Shown here in pieces: positions 1 to 13,376 of a stretch of 64,000 bases of DNA. Under the pieces are notes generated by a model, which was given only the letters and a program-made list of their open reading frames with translations, was not told the DNA's origin and searched no databases. The position numbers and the translations under genes are program-made. Each line of letters begins with the position of its first letter. The stretch's first letter is position 1. Source of the DNA: Balanoglossus misakiensis (taxonomy: Eukaryota; Animalia; Hemichordata); assembly GCA_040954595.2 (NCBI GenBank), contig CM082591.2, forward strand, positions 9,379,309 through 9,443,308, in the 5' to 3' direction.

Positions 1-1377
1 TCGATTTTTCATACTTGTGCTCTAAGTAGGATGTGTGGCCAAAATTGTGACTTAATTGTTTGTTATTGACCTAATACCAAACGAGCTGATATGACCTTGT
101 TTCGAAAAACTGTCCCAAAACTGCCAAACTCGAATATTCAAATATCACCAAAATTGTACAATATCTTACATCAATCAGTATGAGGAACATGCTTACCAAA
201 GTTCAGAGCAATCTAACAGGTGGTTTCACAAACAAAAACTTCTGACGAAAAATTGCAACCTATAGGCAGCTTTATACTGAATTTTTAGAGAAATCTGCCA
301 ATCACTTTCATAGAAGATGTGGAAAAAATGACAAAAGTCATAAAAAGTAGAAAATTAACGATATGAGGTTCAAACTTATAGAGCTCTGTGACGTTGGTAG
401 TAGATATATGCATACCAATTTTCAGAGCAATCTGACCAGTAGTTTCCAGCTAATGTGTCTGAGAACAGCCAAAACAGAGAACAGAACAGCCAAAGTGAGT
501 GAACAGAATAGCCAAAACTATCAACAGCGTTTAACTCCACATCTGTAAGCAGACAATTTGTTGGAGCGATATTCAGGTCCTAAGAAAACTCAAACTTCAA
601 TCAGACGGAACATACTGGTCATCACAATTGCCTTCTGATTGGAATCTGTATGGAAAAGCAACAACAAATACTGATCCTTGTCTGAAATCAAAGAGACAGA
701 CAAAAGCACTCATTTTATCAAATATTTATTTTAAGTATGCAAAAATCCTTACATGATATCTCTGTCTATTTATTTATCATGATAGGAAAATTGTTGGAAT
801 AAAAATATCAAAGATATTCCTTCCTAATGCTGCATATAATATTTACATACTCTGGCAGTCTTGTAAGTACAATGAAATGTTAGTCAAAAGCTATTCTTAA
901 GAACTGAGTAATTCTCAGTACAAAAAGCAATATGTGGAAAATACCAACTTAGCATCTTAGGGAAAATAAAAGAAATAAAGAAATTGAGGAATGGTGTCCC
1001 CCCTCCCCTTCAGCACTATACATGATTCTACAGCCTCATGGGGTCATTCTTCACACACACATAAAATGAATGGCTGATTACATGAAATATTTTCGAAAGT
1101 CAATAAGTGGTCACGAAAGGCTCTTGTTTTTGTTAAAATAAAAAAAAATGTTAGGAAATTCAAGAAAAGTAGGGAGCAATGTTATGTGAATATTGATATT
1201 AAAAACATTTGATTTCAATCGTTTGGCAACTATGGTAACTTCCTTATAACAGACTATATTTCTTCACATGCATCTAATAGTTTGATTCTAACATACTTGT
1301 CACGGGTGTCGCCGTTCACCACAAAACCCACCAAAATGGTTTAAAGGTTTCACAAGACATAGGCCTATAACATTTCT

Positions 1378-1710
1378 TAACTGAAATTGAAGAGGGACAT
1401 CATCAGTTCATATGTGTGGCCGGTCTGGCTACACAGGTGAACTGCTAAATTACACACATGTATGGGAGTTCACCTACAACAGAAGACACCAAAATTCATG
1501 CAAGTGAAAAATACAGAAGTACAATTGAAGACTTGACGCAGGTTCAGACACCAATTACATGTGCTGAAATGAGCCAGTAGAATGCACCAATATAAAAAGC
1601 TTCAAGCTACAGGTAAAGTACAAGGAAAACTAACCTGAAATTGAACATAGACATCTTCAGTTCATACATGTGGCCGGTCTGGATACAGAGGTGAACTGAC
1701 TAAGTATATG
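1378..1710. repeat. Imperfect direct repeat of ~80 bp, two copies ~255 bp apart
   Basis: ctgaaattga..acatc.tcagttcata..tgtggccggtctgg.taca.aggtgaactg occurs at ~1380-1450 and ~1635-1705. Confidence 0.7.
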
Positions 1711-2989
1711 CATGGCATCCTTTTATATCAGCAATATACACTATGGTGGCGCATTAGCTTGAGTTCATTAGTCAAATGAAACATCCTGGTGGTTTGCATA
1801 TAATTGAGATCATCAAATAGAATGTAAGTTCTATCATTACTAGAAAGGTGTTCACATGAATAAATGATTAAATGATGACTGCAAAGAATACAGTTGTTAC
1901 ATACATACAGATATTATATATATATTCAAGTGAACAAATGGTTCGGTCCAAATCCATTGTTTCCTGCTGGAAAGTTGGATGTCTACACAGGGAATTAGGT
2001 GAAAGGTGAGAGTGCTAAGAAAATAGGTCAATGGTAATTTTCCATTTTTATCTAAATTGAATACATGTGTGGGCTTAATCTTTTCCAATAATGCTGACAC
2101 ACAAAAAGTTAATTGTTTTACCAAACTTTCCTTGAGAGTTGAATGAAGGCACTTGATATTAGCACAGAGACCGATTTTTTCCACACACCACTTTTCCCTT
2201 TTCATAGAGCTCCATTCAAATTTTGTACACAACAATTGTCACTACCCAAGCCCAAACTTTCAAATTACAATGTCACATTTCAAAACACTGTTAGACTCCC
2301 CAATGAAACATTAACTCTGGATCAGCATCCCTTCAAATTAGTGATAGCCCTGGGGTGAGTTTCATTAATTTTGTTATAATGGTGTTTTTTAATTGTTTGG
2401 CTGTGACAGAAATTACTACATGGAAGTATAAACATGTTATGTCCACACATATGCTGTAGGTTCAGCTTCAATTCAATTTTCATCAATCAGATCATAACAA
2501 ATTATTCAACAGAAAAAAAAACAAAAAATGAACATCAAGAGCTGGTGACTTAATGGCTTTCACATGATAAATATATACGTGTGAACATTGCCCGATGCTA
2601 GAGTGTAATATTAACACGTCTCATACAACCTACAATTCTCTGTATATAACGAAACACATTCATTATAGCTGGATTAGTTGGTTCACAGGTAATCTGTAAC
2701 CAGAATGGCTGACTTGAGCAATCCATGTTTTTGCAAGAGTTGTATTTTCACTGTTATATTGTGACTTCTTTGATGTAATGCTCAACTGAACACAAGAGTA
2801 TCAGAATTGGACAGATAAATGACCAATAACACAAAGTCTGTGATTGGGGAATACAAATGATAAGTACACAACTGGAAGTTCTGTCACTCAAAGTTCTGTC
2901 TATTGCTCTCTTCCCTGAGGGAGCGATAGAGAGCAACTTTAGAGATACGTTCTCCAATATACTGATCAGGAATAATTGAAATATTAGTC

Positions 2990-3365
2990 TAGTATATAGC
3001 TGTATTTTGTCTGCTTGCTTCAAAAAACTATGCATGCCACTGCCCCAATAAAGCATGATACCCCTTGCTGGGAATTGTGATGTAATTAGCATTACTTTGA
3101 AGTCAATCACAGACTTTGTTTTTCCAATGATTGGTCAAAGGATACATATGTGTGATTGAGGATGGGTACCATTTTGAATTGAAATTAGCCTAGCCTTCAC
3201 TGTAACTTTACACACACTCGCCATTGATCAGTTTATGTGTGTGACTTCAAGGGGGATGCTAGTTACATCACAATTCCCAGCAAGGGCTATCAGGCTTTAT
3301 TGGGCCAGTGGCATGCATGACTCTAGATGTTCGTTTTGGAAGCAGAAAAAAACTGGCTATATACT
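2990..3365. mobile_element. MITE-like element with long imperfect inverted arms
   Basis: 3030-3110 (atgcatgccactg..aataaagc..cccttgctgggaattgtgatgtaa.tagcat..ttgaagtca) is inverted at 3238-3320; ends agtatatagc / gctatatact. Confidence 0.6.
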
Positions 3366-3566
3366 GTAAAACATGAAATTTTCGCAACAGGAAATTTTCG
3401 CAATATCAAAAACTGTTATGCAACGATTAATTTTCGCATTCTCGAATTTCAATTCATCATTATTTCTGAAAAACATTTTTATGCGACTTTTTAGTTTTCA
3501 GGTTTTTTTGGCTCTTGCATGATTCGTGCAAAATTATCGCTCATGAAAATTTCCTGTTTTACAGTA
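3362..3566. mobile_element. ~200-bp TA-flanked MITE (Tc1/mariner-like ends TACTGTAAAA...TTTTACAGTA); related copies at ~15884-16097, 17201-17394, 31367-31570
   Basis: Terminal inverted repeats and shared internal tttcgc motifs in four copies. Confidence 0.75.
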
Positions 3567-4106
3567 CATCTTAAGTATCTTTTTTTCACACCAGAAGACA
3601 ATGCATAGTTGCTTTGTGTATGGCAGACTTTGAATTACGATAGACACTGACAACCAGTTACATCTGTCTAGCATACAAATATGGTCATATTGAAATAAGG
3701 CATTACAATGGAAACAAAGTAAAGCTAATGCAAGAACTAGTACAGAACAAATCTATTCTGTTACTACACTGGAATAACCATTCCGTGTTATTTGATCTGT
3801 TTAAAAATTATTTTCTTTTATAATCAAGGAACTAAACACTGAAGAATGAATGGAGGTGATAGCTTTGGAATGGATGTGTGTGTACAGGAAATACTGATGA
3901 GAATGATAAATATTCCAAATCCCCAACACTTGACTGTCTTGAATATTTGAAAATTCCTGCATACCTTGAGAAATTTCTGACATTTCTTTGGGGATCTGGG
4001 TTTCATTTAGTATGGGGATCCAGGTTTCATTTAGTATATAGAAGTTACAATGGTAATGAAGGCATGAACAGTCTCCTGTTCATTATAGTCAGTTTCCTGT
4101 ATGAAT

Positions 4107-5758
4107 TTATTGATTCAGAATATCAAAAAGACTCATGTCATCAGCCAGCAGACTACTACTTGATTGTTGCTGTGTTTGTTGCATGCTGGCCGGTGCCAAG
4201 CCCATCTGAGGTACATGTACCTGTGGTCACGGCTGTGGCTGGTGTCCTAGTAACAGCTGTTGTTGTTGTGATTGCTGTTGTTGTAAGAACTGCTGTTGCT
4301 GTCGCCATGTTTGTTGTGTTGCTGCTGGTTGTTGTTGTTGTGGTGGTGGTGGAATGCTTGCTTGTGTTCCGTTGGCTTGTTGTTGCTGCTGCTATTGAAT
4401 GCAAACAAAATGGCTTTCTTTTTAAAGTCACTTCACAGAATGTGGTAATGTGTCAGGAGACAGCTCTGTTTAACGTTGTTCACATTTGTCAATCAGACAG
4501 AAATTTAGGGCGGCATATAGTAACTATGGCAAATAGATTTAGGCTGTGTCTAAAATTTGATGGTTAGTTTCAGGACCCCCATTGACCTAATTAATTATGT
4601 ACATGCCTAATTCTACACTAACAAATCGATCTTTAGATTTTGTAGGACATAAATCAGTTTAGGATCAACACTTTTTGACAAAATTTTGGGTATCCACAGC
4701 AGATAATCCTTGGCATTCTGTAGTAACCCTGGGAATCGCTTGGGCCAGGTGAACACTGCTTGCAGCTTTAATTCACTATGTAATTAGATGCAGACATTTT
4801 GAAAACAACGTGATTTAAATTCTAAGGAAACTTTTGTTAAAGGGTTATGATCGACTAATGCACATGTGCTAAAGCAGAAACTCTGGGTACAAAAACTTTA
4901 TCAATGACACAATTCTGTCTATACAACAGACAATATGGCGGCAACCATAGTCTGTGTTGTAGATTTGGAAAAGACAGCAAATTAAGTGAAAAGAAGAGAC
5001 AAAACGAAAGTCTTCTTATATGGTGTGCAAGAAATATGGAAGGAAGCGAAGGCAGTCCACTATTTGAATGCACACACATAAAATTTGCAGATATTTGGAT
5101 TGGACGTTATTTTGTACACACAAATTACGCACATGTGCCTAAGAGTAAGAGGATTGTCGGCATTTAAAACTCACTAACTGTCTGCCAGAGGTTATCATCA
5201 GTGATTCCACACTGGTACCATGGAACAACTAGAAGTGTCAAAAATAAGACTGAGACAAGATTTGTTGTATTCCTCTGTCTAATTTAGGTCTGCTTAAGGC
5301 AAACAGTGCATTGAGTTTATTCTGTGTGACTGTCAGGTCCCCAATACATTAAAATAAGTTTGGGAATGGAACAGACCATGTTATTTGTAACATCAAGAAA
5401 GCTCCTTTTTTGAGAAAAATGATTTCATTTTTCCCCACATAACAATTCCCAGGAGTGACACGGGTTTCAGTCTTGGTTTTCAAAATATTCACTGTTCACA
5501 TTATTGTGACAACTTACTTGTAAGAGGTGTCTTAGTTGTTGATGTGTTGATTTTACATTGGATGGCTGTGCTGGCACTGCTTGTTGTTGTTGTTGGGCTC
5601 TCTGTTGTTGTAACCTTTGTAATTGCTGTTGTTGTTGATGTTGTTGTCTTAGTGCTATGAGTTGACTTTGTCTTGCATGTTGATCTTGCTGTTGTTTCAA
5701 TTCAATTTCTTTTTTTCTGTGCCATCTCTAGATTCTTCTGCAGTGCTTGAATATTCCT
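4107..5758 (-). pseudogene. MED25: Last two exons of a Mediator subunit 25-like gene (Q-rich tail, LxxLL box), disabled
   Basis: Exon 5758-5518 (ag/gt flanked) reads RNIQALQKNLEMAQKK/EIELKQQQ...HQQLRHLLQ with a +1 A in an A7 run at ~5710-5716. Exon 4391-4107 reads QQQQQANG...HQPQP*PQVHVP...SLLADDMSLFDILNQ* with an in-frame TGA at 4227-4229. The coiled segment, LRHLL box and DD..L.D.L terminus resemble invertebrate MED25 tails (from recall). No upstream MED25 exons are seen. Confidence 0.65.
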
Positions 5759-7070
5759 CTGAAAGATCAAACAAAGAAAAGTGTAAACAGTCAAACATTG
5801 TCATGTGTCAATCTACCTACAGGTAACATGACTACAGGAGCCTCAGCCAATCCAAGCTTTTCACTTGTGAGACTATTGAAATCAATTTAAAGCTCAGTAA
5901 CTCCAACTTCGGGTTATTTCCTCAATAATTTTGTTTTGGTGGTCACCTTTCATTGAACAATGAATGGGCAAGTGCTCGCTCACTTCTTCAGTGAATTTCA
6001 CTGTTTGTTTATCTTATCATAAAAACTTGGGCACCGCAGTCCTTTGGACAAAAATATTCATGTGTGGTGATTTAAAATCAATGTTGCAAGAAGCAGAATT
6101 AATCACAGGATTAACGGCTTCTGATTGAAAAATACTAAATGCTTAATATGTCATATGTCGCACGCAGAGTGATCACATTAGTCAATTGGACCGCTGTTCC
6201 AACGGACTAAAATGATTGCAACGTTTTAATATTATATTTATTTTACAAAACCTTGCATCTGAGCTTTACTTTAAAGAAATTCCATTTACAAGTAGTACAA
6301 GTACACATCAGTTAACATTGACAGCTAGGCATGACATCATAGATGTAGGACTTCAACATTGACATTCTGAACAGTGGGGGCGCTCTATCATAGTGGGTTT
6401 TAATGAACATGTGTATTTAATTTCATGAATCAGATATATCGATGAAAACTGCGTATTTTAACATACGCTTATAGTTAATGCATTTGCAGTATCTAGTCAT
6501 ATTACAGTAATACACCAGACATGTTCTTAACTCAACTCAATGTGTGTAAGTTCAATTTCTGACCATACTCAGATTACCCAAGTCCCTGTGACCAACTATA
6601 CTGCAAGTATACAGAATTGAACTCCGGAAAAACTAGTCACCTTCAATACTTGAACTGGAGCCACATCCAAAACTTGACTTTGAGATCTTTTATCAAATCA
6701 GTTCTCCTTTTAGAATTAGAACTCCCATGCAATTTTTGTGACAGGAGAGAAAATTTAAATTGGACACCTGCAATCTGAATAATTTCTTCAGTCCCTTTGG
6801 TGTTAGACGGGTTTGACTGTACTTGAAAGTGCAGTTGATATACACAACAAAAATGCAAAACAATATAATTGTAGACAGTCAGAATTTTGAGGCTGGGAAT
6901 CATTTACATAGTTACCAGAGTCAATACTGTCACAGTAGTCCATTTCTCTATGTACCAAATTGTAATAAAACATTGCTATGCAGTCATGTTACCCTTCCAA
7001 GCGCCCTTTTGAGGCAGGAAATTCCAAGCCATTGTTGGCCTATCCCCTCCCCACTCAAATAAAAACTTAC

Positions 7071-7190
7071 CTAAACAATTGACATGATCTGCACTCATAG
7101 AGAAACCATCATCACCACAATTACAGCTAAATCCACCCTCTGCATTGAGACAACCTCCAGCACAGACAGAATCTGAACACTCATTCACAT
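7071..7190 (-). CDS. Isolated calcium-binding EGF-domain exon (phase 1-1)
   Basis: tttcag|(D)VNECSDSVCAGGCLNAEGGFSCNCGDDGFSMSADHVNCL(G)|gtaagt; six-Cys cbEGF pattern. Confidence 0.75.
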
Positions 7191-7469
7191 CTGAAAATAG
7201 AGAAAAAAAACATCCATTGTAATTATTCAAGTCAATACCAATCCTCCCTTCCATTAACAATTTCCCTAAAGGGAACAAATTCACATGGCTTTGAAATTAA
7301 GTATTAACAGTGATATTTTAATATTTCTAACGGACACGTCTTTTATAAACGTTGAGTCTTTTTGTGGATTTGTAGAAATTATCTACAAACTGAGCTGTCA
7401 GGTCATGGCTGTTTGTGCTTTGGCATGCACACATATCCCAGAATGCCCAACAGGGTTGGCAGTGAAATT

Positions 7470-7910
7470 GATAAACTCTTGATTTCAAACTCGTAGATCT
7501 CAATAGATTCTCACACTCCTGGCATGCTGAGAGTGTGGGATCAGAGTGTGAGAACAAATCAATCCCACATTCTCACTGAATCGAAAGCTGTATATGATGC
7601 GAGCGCTGATTGGATGACAAAGCGTTATTTAATAACGTGCGCTAAATGTTATCCAATGACGTGATACAGAAACTACAATGTGCCAGATGACAGTTCAAGA
7701 GTCATTTATTCTATGTTTTAAGACGAATTGGGCTAATTTATGGCCATGTGAGAAATATAATCTCACACACCAAGGTCCTGGGATCATATTTCGCACACTC
7801 GTCAGGGATATTTTGTCCCACACTCGCCTGCAGCTTGTTTGGGACAGAAAATCCACAATTCATGTGAGAAATATGAAATTTTTACAGTCCTATGAACCTA
7901 AAACATGAAA
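7470..7910 (+). mobile_element. Degenerate non-autonomous Crypton-type element (short IR pair plus terminal hairpin)
   Basis: ataaactcttga (~7471) is inverted at tcaagagtcatttat (~7695-7709), followed by an imperfect hairpin ~7709-7910 with centre gtcccacac-tcgcctgcagcttg-tttgggac. Confidence 0.5.
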
Positions 7911-8449
7911 CAAAAAATGTTTGCTTGTTGGTAGTTTCCCGGAACAATTAAAAACCGCGTCTCCTCATCAATTTTGACATTTTGAAAGATGCTAAACAAG
8001 ACTCATTTTTTGGCCTTATCGGTAGCAGAGTGACGTCATTTTCTGGGTAGCCAGAACTCACTTCCAGCACAGCATTTGGGTGTTTCACATTTCTCCGTTG
8101 TTGCTGGCTTATCTGTCGACAAGCAAGGTAACGTAAATAAGGGATTTATAAGTGGCCTTGACAGTGACCTTCACATAAGACTTCTTGACCCTATGACCTT
8201 TCATGTGATGAGCAGTTGCCAAAATAACTTTCTCTTTGTGACCAATCCAGACCGAACACTTTTCTATTCTACTACACAGAACAAACTAAACGCAAAGTAA
8301 CTCATGAAGGAAAACGCTGACAAAATCTATGCCTACCAGTAATTTTCAAATCAGGTAACTGCATCTGAATTTATTCAAATTAATTGAATATTGCCTTTGT
8401 GGTTGTCTGATGTCAATTTTTAATTGAAGAGTTGTTGTGTTAGAGTTAA

Positions 8450-9435
8450 GGTAGTTGGAAAGGCTATTTTTGAAGCAAATTCTCTCAATGTTTGTGAATT
8501 TATTTTCACAAGTTAGAATAAAGATAATGACTTGAAATTTGCAGCATGTATTCTTAACAAACTAAAAAGTGAGGGAAAAATATAACTGTAAAAATATCTG
8601 CTAAAATTATGAAATTTGATATGCCTAAATATAAATATTCATAATTTTACAAAATATGGATTGAATCTTGACATGTTTTCACAAATGATTAAATAATTTG
8701 TATTCATTTTAATATTAAGCAACCCCTCAAGCAATGTACGGGACATTTTCAGCATAAACTTATTTTTTTCAAAGTTATCACTCAGGAAAACACAGTTTTT
8801 GTTGATATTTTGTAAACAACTTTAACGTGCTGCCAAAACACAACGGGAAAACTTATGAAAAAACTGTCCCGTAAAATTGTTCTTTGGGATGTCCCGAGCC
8901 TTTCCTGAAAGTTTCATGATAAAAAAAATATCTGGCATACCTATTCAATCACAAATAAAAACCATTACATTATGGCGATGGGCAGAAAAGTAGCGAAATA
9001 CGCAAAGTTTAGCGGCAGTTCACGGCAAAGGATCGCATTTATCTGGGTCAAACGCTTTTCCGCTGGCTTTTCGGGTTCCCTAGAAATGCAAAAATGTCCA
9101 TAATTTGGCAGCCTTTAATAAACAAGCAAGGTTATCTATCGTTGAAAATTGCAAGAATCAGTGTTTGCAAGTTACATTTAAATGCCCTTGGCTAGGGGAA
9201 CCCGTCCTTGTGCGCATAGCCTAGGAGAAGTCTTCCCCTAGAGGGCGCTCAAATAAGGCTCCCTAGCTTCCTTGCCAGATGAATGAAATTAGGTATCATA
9301 AAACCAGCCATATCTTGTTACACGTTTATTGCCCCGAATTTTTCATGAGTTTAATTTTTCTCTAATACATTTCTAGATATAAATTCGGTGTTTTTAAATG
9401 AAATTTTAACTGACGCCCTAGCCTTTCCAACTACC
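8450..9435. mobile_element. Non-autonomous TTAA-flanked DNA transposon (Kolobok-like ends)
   Basis: Perfect 17-bp TIR GGTAGTTGGAAAGGCTA at 8450-8466 and 9419-9435; TTAA at 8446-8449 and 9436-9439. Confidence 0.85.
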
Positions 9436-9979
9436 TTAACTTGCGTGAATTGCTTGCCTTTCATTCTGACAGTCAATTATAATTTGAGGATGCAGCTCCC
9501 ACTTCTAGATTGAATATATGAAATATTTAAAATATATGTATTTATATTTTAATGTAAAACACTATATCACAAGTCATCCTTTCACCAGAGGTGGGCCAAA
9601 CCGTAAAGGAAACTGTGAACAATCATTCAATGCTCAGATATTTGGATTGACAACTCTACTCTTTGGCACAATATTCAATTTCAAACATTTTTGAATACAG
9701 TAATAAATGCATTTAATATTGCATGTATTAAATTTTGCTATTTTACAATTGGGGCCAGTGAGTGAGCATTTCAAAAGAAAGAAAAGGGAATGTTTGTTCC
9801 TTTGATTTGTGTATCATTTGATCACTGCAACCGTACACTTTCATTGACGAGAAGTGTCAAAACATCCACAGGTCTATTCATTGAATGTGAGGTGCAAAGC
9901 TAGAAATGGAGATGTTACAAGTAGTGCACGAGCGTCGTATGTGGAAATCTAATGGTTGGAGGCGAGAAATAAAAATCGC

Positions 9980-12900
9980 ATTGTTTGTTGTTTGCACATG
10001 CACACAAATTAAGTCATTAAATATGGTGTCCTTCATGTCATTTCGGGAACGATCGCGATCGTCGACGAAAAAAGTTGTTGCATCTGTCTCACGAGAGCAT
10101 CATCTCGTTTTGACAACTCAAAATCGTATGCCAAACACTTAGGGGCATGTTTCGGAGCCAGCGCTGAAGGTAGGAGTGGCTATTTGTGCATGACGTGCAA
10201 AGCAAGCATCAGAAAGTTTTGCGAGGAGCGATCGTTGGACTTCAGCCACTTACTTGACAAAAAAGGCCAAAAAGGTGGAAGTAACGGACACAGGCAGCAT
10301 GTGGGACAAAGAATAAAACTGGCAAGGTGGGAGAGTTCTTCATCCACGTCGACGAGTAGCAAGGAAATAGGCAGCGAAGGTTCCGGCTGTGACTACTGTG
10401 AAAACTATGACAGTAGTTAAAGAAAGAATAAGTTTGGACGGAACCATAAAAGCTGTTAGTTCCAGAGGAAGTCCAAAAGTGTATATTGCAATACCCCAGA
10501 CAGAAACATCATCGATAGAAGCTACAGAAAGAACAAAAAGAGCCAGGTGTCAGCTGATGGAGAAAATTGAAAAAATGCAGTGTGTCAACAAAAATGAGAG
10601 TGGAGAACTTAATAAAGCAATTTAGTTGCTCAACATGCGTAAAGAATAAGCCGAGACAAAGATATCTACATCAAGGCAGCACGAGAAGCCGGTATACCAG
10701 TACAAGGAACATTTTCCAGGGAAACAAGTTCTTGCTTTTAAGAGCATAATGCCAATGACAACCTGGCGGCTTTTGAAGCGCACGTTCAAGATGGAGCTCG
10801 GTGTTGATGTGCTAGGAACAGAGAGGCAGTTGAGACAGGAGATAGAAGAGATGGAGTTTAGCTATGAATACGGAAGTTTTGAGAGTGAAGAGAAAGGTGG
10901 ACCAATTACAGTCCATTATGTGCGAGTTGCAGATGTACAAGAAGTTCTTCATAAAATGGTTGCAGAGTTCAAGGCAAATGGAAAGCTGACAAATTTTGAC
11001 AATATATCAAGAGACACACTGTGGCTTTGTGTATCTGGTGACAAAGGTGGCAACTCTACAAAACTGATGTTACAAGTCATGAACAATAAGACTCAGCATT
11101 CTATTAAGCAGTCTAAACTACTGGGTTTTATTTGAGGGTGGACATGATACCCGAAAGCATATTGAGATGGTGTTCAAAGATATCATTGCTGACTTATGCA
11201 AGTTGCAGACAGAAATCGCAGAAATGAAGCTGGAACTGCCTGAAACATTTCAGTGTGACAAAAGAACAAGGAGCCTGGGATCACAAGGTAAATTTGTAAT
11301 TTCTTCTGCTTAATGTCACTAGTTACTACTTTGAAAATTTACCCGGATTTTTATGATAACACAGCAAATGTATATTAATTTGGAAATGTTTTCATTACTA
11401 GTGCCAACAAGTGATGGTGTACGTCTAACGAGAACTACACGGACTGGATTCAAACCACTGCGACCCTTCAATAAAGATAATCAGACTGTCAGTGTTAATT
11501 GTGCGTACTGTACGCTGCAACATGGTAAGCAAATTGACATCACCCAATTAACAATAAATGTAGTGTAAATAGGAAAAAAATGATAATACAAATAATTATC
11601 AACACAAAAGAAAATATAAAACCATAAACATACTTGCCTAATAGATTATCAGCAATTATTGTCACAGATGTTCTCAGTTTCAAAAGAAACTACAGTAATA
11701 TGTGCAGTGGTGGATGCTAACCAAAATTAGTTTCCTAAAAGCTGTTGTAGTCAGCAGACATGTTTTTTTTTACATGTTACTGTTATAACCATGATTGTTT
11801 ACATTCTACTTGTCAAATAACCTTTATTCAAATTTTGTGTTTTATTCTTTTAGCAAGCAAAGTGAAAGAGTGCAGCCCACAATGTGCCCAAAGTTCAGGA
11901 CAGGCAGTTGACAGTGAGGAAACGCGACCATTATCTCCGGGGTGTAGAGAATGTGCAACAATGGATATCGATGATGATCAGCTTTCTGCATCGCCGTCTA
12001 TCTACACTCAGTGTAAAATTAGCTGGTGAGGAGACTGGGAATGGCTTGCAAGATTGATAGGAATAACTGGTCCAAATGGGAGATACTTTTGTCTTCATTG
12101 TTACTGTACCCTCTCTGATTTATGCAAGGGTAAACCCCATGCATATCACATTCTTGATAAATATAAAGCGCTCTTTCCAGATTCCGCTCCAGCAACATTT
12201 GCACTGAGAACATTTCAGGACTTAGAAAGACATTCAGTGAACTTTACCAGTACAGCTAATGCAAAAGATTACAATCATTATAATTGTGACGCACTTCCTT
12301 TGATTCAAACCATGGGTTTTATTATAGAGAATTTAACAGTGCCGCCTCTTCACCTGTGTCTTGGCATTGGGCTGATGATACTGAACCTGATTGAATCTAT
12401 GTGTCTGGAATTAGATCGGACATTTTTCAGTGAGAACGGTGTACATTCTGATGAAATGGAAACCTTGCTAGAAAGTCAGAGAAAACTGTCAGATGACTTA
12501 CTCTCTTCAGAAAAAGAGCTAAATTTGCTTGAAGAACAAAGTCATGAAATTCAAAAACACATAGATGATGTCAAGGAAGAGTATGCAAACTATTATGAAA
12601 AGTCAGGTGGGAAGTTAATTGACAGGTCAAGTGATGCTAAAGATGTCAGAAGAGAAAAAACACAGAAGGAAAATGCTTTACTCGAGAAACAAAAACTAAT
12701 CAAGTTACAACTAAAACATGTTAAAGAACAACACAAATTAACAGATAATAGTCTTCAAAATGTAATAACAAAACTGGCATGTGTAACTGGTCCATTCAAA
12801 CAGAAGCTTGATGCCTCCCTTGATAGTTTTAATCTCAAATGATGTGTCTATCATTCTGGGGCACTCACTGGCCCTGATGTCCGAAAACTTTGTTTGAAAC

Positions 12901-13376
12901 AAAACATCAGAAAGATTTATAGTGTGTTTAAACCTGCCCTCTTTAAGACAGGTAGTGGTGATAAGGTATTTAGCTGCCATGCCATGGCTGTCAAAGTCTG
13001 CACACTACTCACAAAATTCAGTTTGATATATGATCTCATGATGGCAAATAGACCACTTTGTAAACATGAAGTTGAAATTTTGGCAATGAGGTGCACAAGT
13101 TTTGGGAATTGGTTTCCAGTTGCATTCCCAAATGCAAACCTATCAAGGAAATTCCATGTGATGACTGTAGAAGTTGTACGCAAAGAAAGAACTTTGCAAA
13201 CTGTTGGCATGGAAACTGAACAAGTAACTGAAAGTATCCACTGTTATATTAACAAACTAAACAGAATGTATGCAACTGTACAAAATACAGCTAAGCGACA
13301 AGAACTTCTTGTCAAAACACACAATGTATTCAGTAACCCGGGTCTTCCTGATCTTGCTAAGACCAAGCCCACATAG
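9980..13376 (+). pseudogene. Decayed intron-containing DDE transposase of the Chapaev/Transib/RAG1-core-related group
   Basis: Ordered motifs: N-terminal CxxC..CxxC (CVVCTC, YLCMTC), VSGDKGGNSTKL (D1), GDWEWLARLIGITGPNGRYFCLHC (D2 + CxxC), VPPLHLCLG, YHSGALTGPDVRKL, RKFHVM, GMETEQVTESIH (E). Introns at ~11289-11401 and ~11525-11852. Frameshift at ~11130; in-frame stops at 12027 and 12840. Confidence 0.8.

Noticed and set aside
3878-4567. Val-rich membrane ORF (+) and Thr-rich mucin-like ORF (-)
   Set aside because: These are antisense and alternative frames of the CAA/CAG-rich poly-Gln exon
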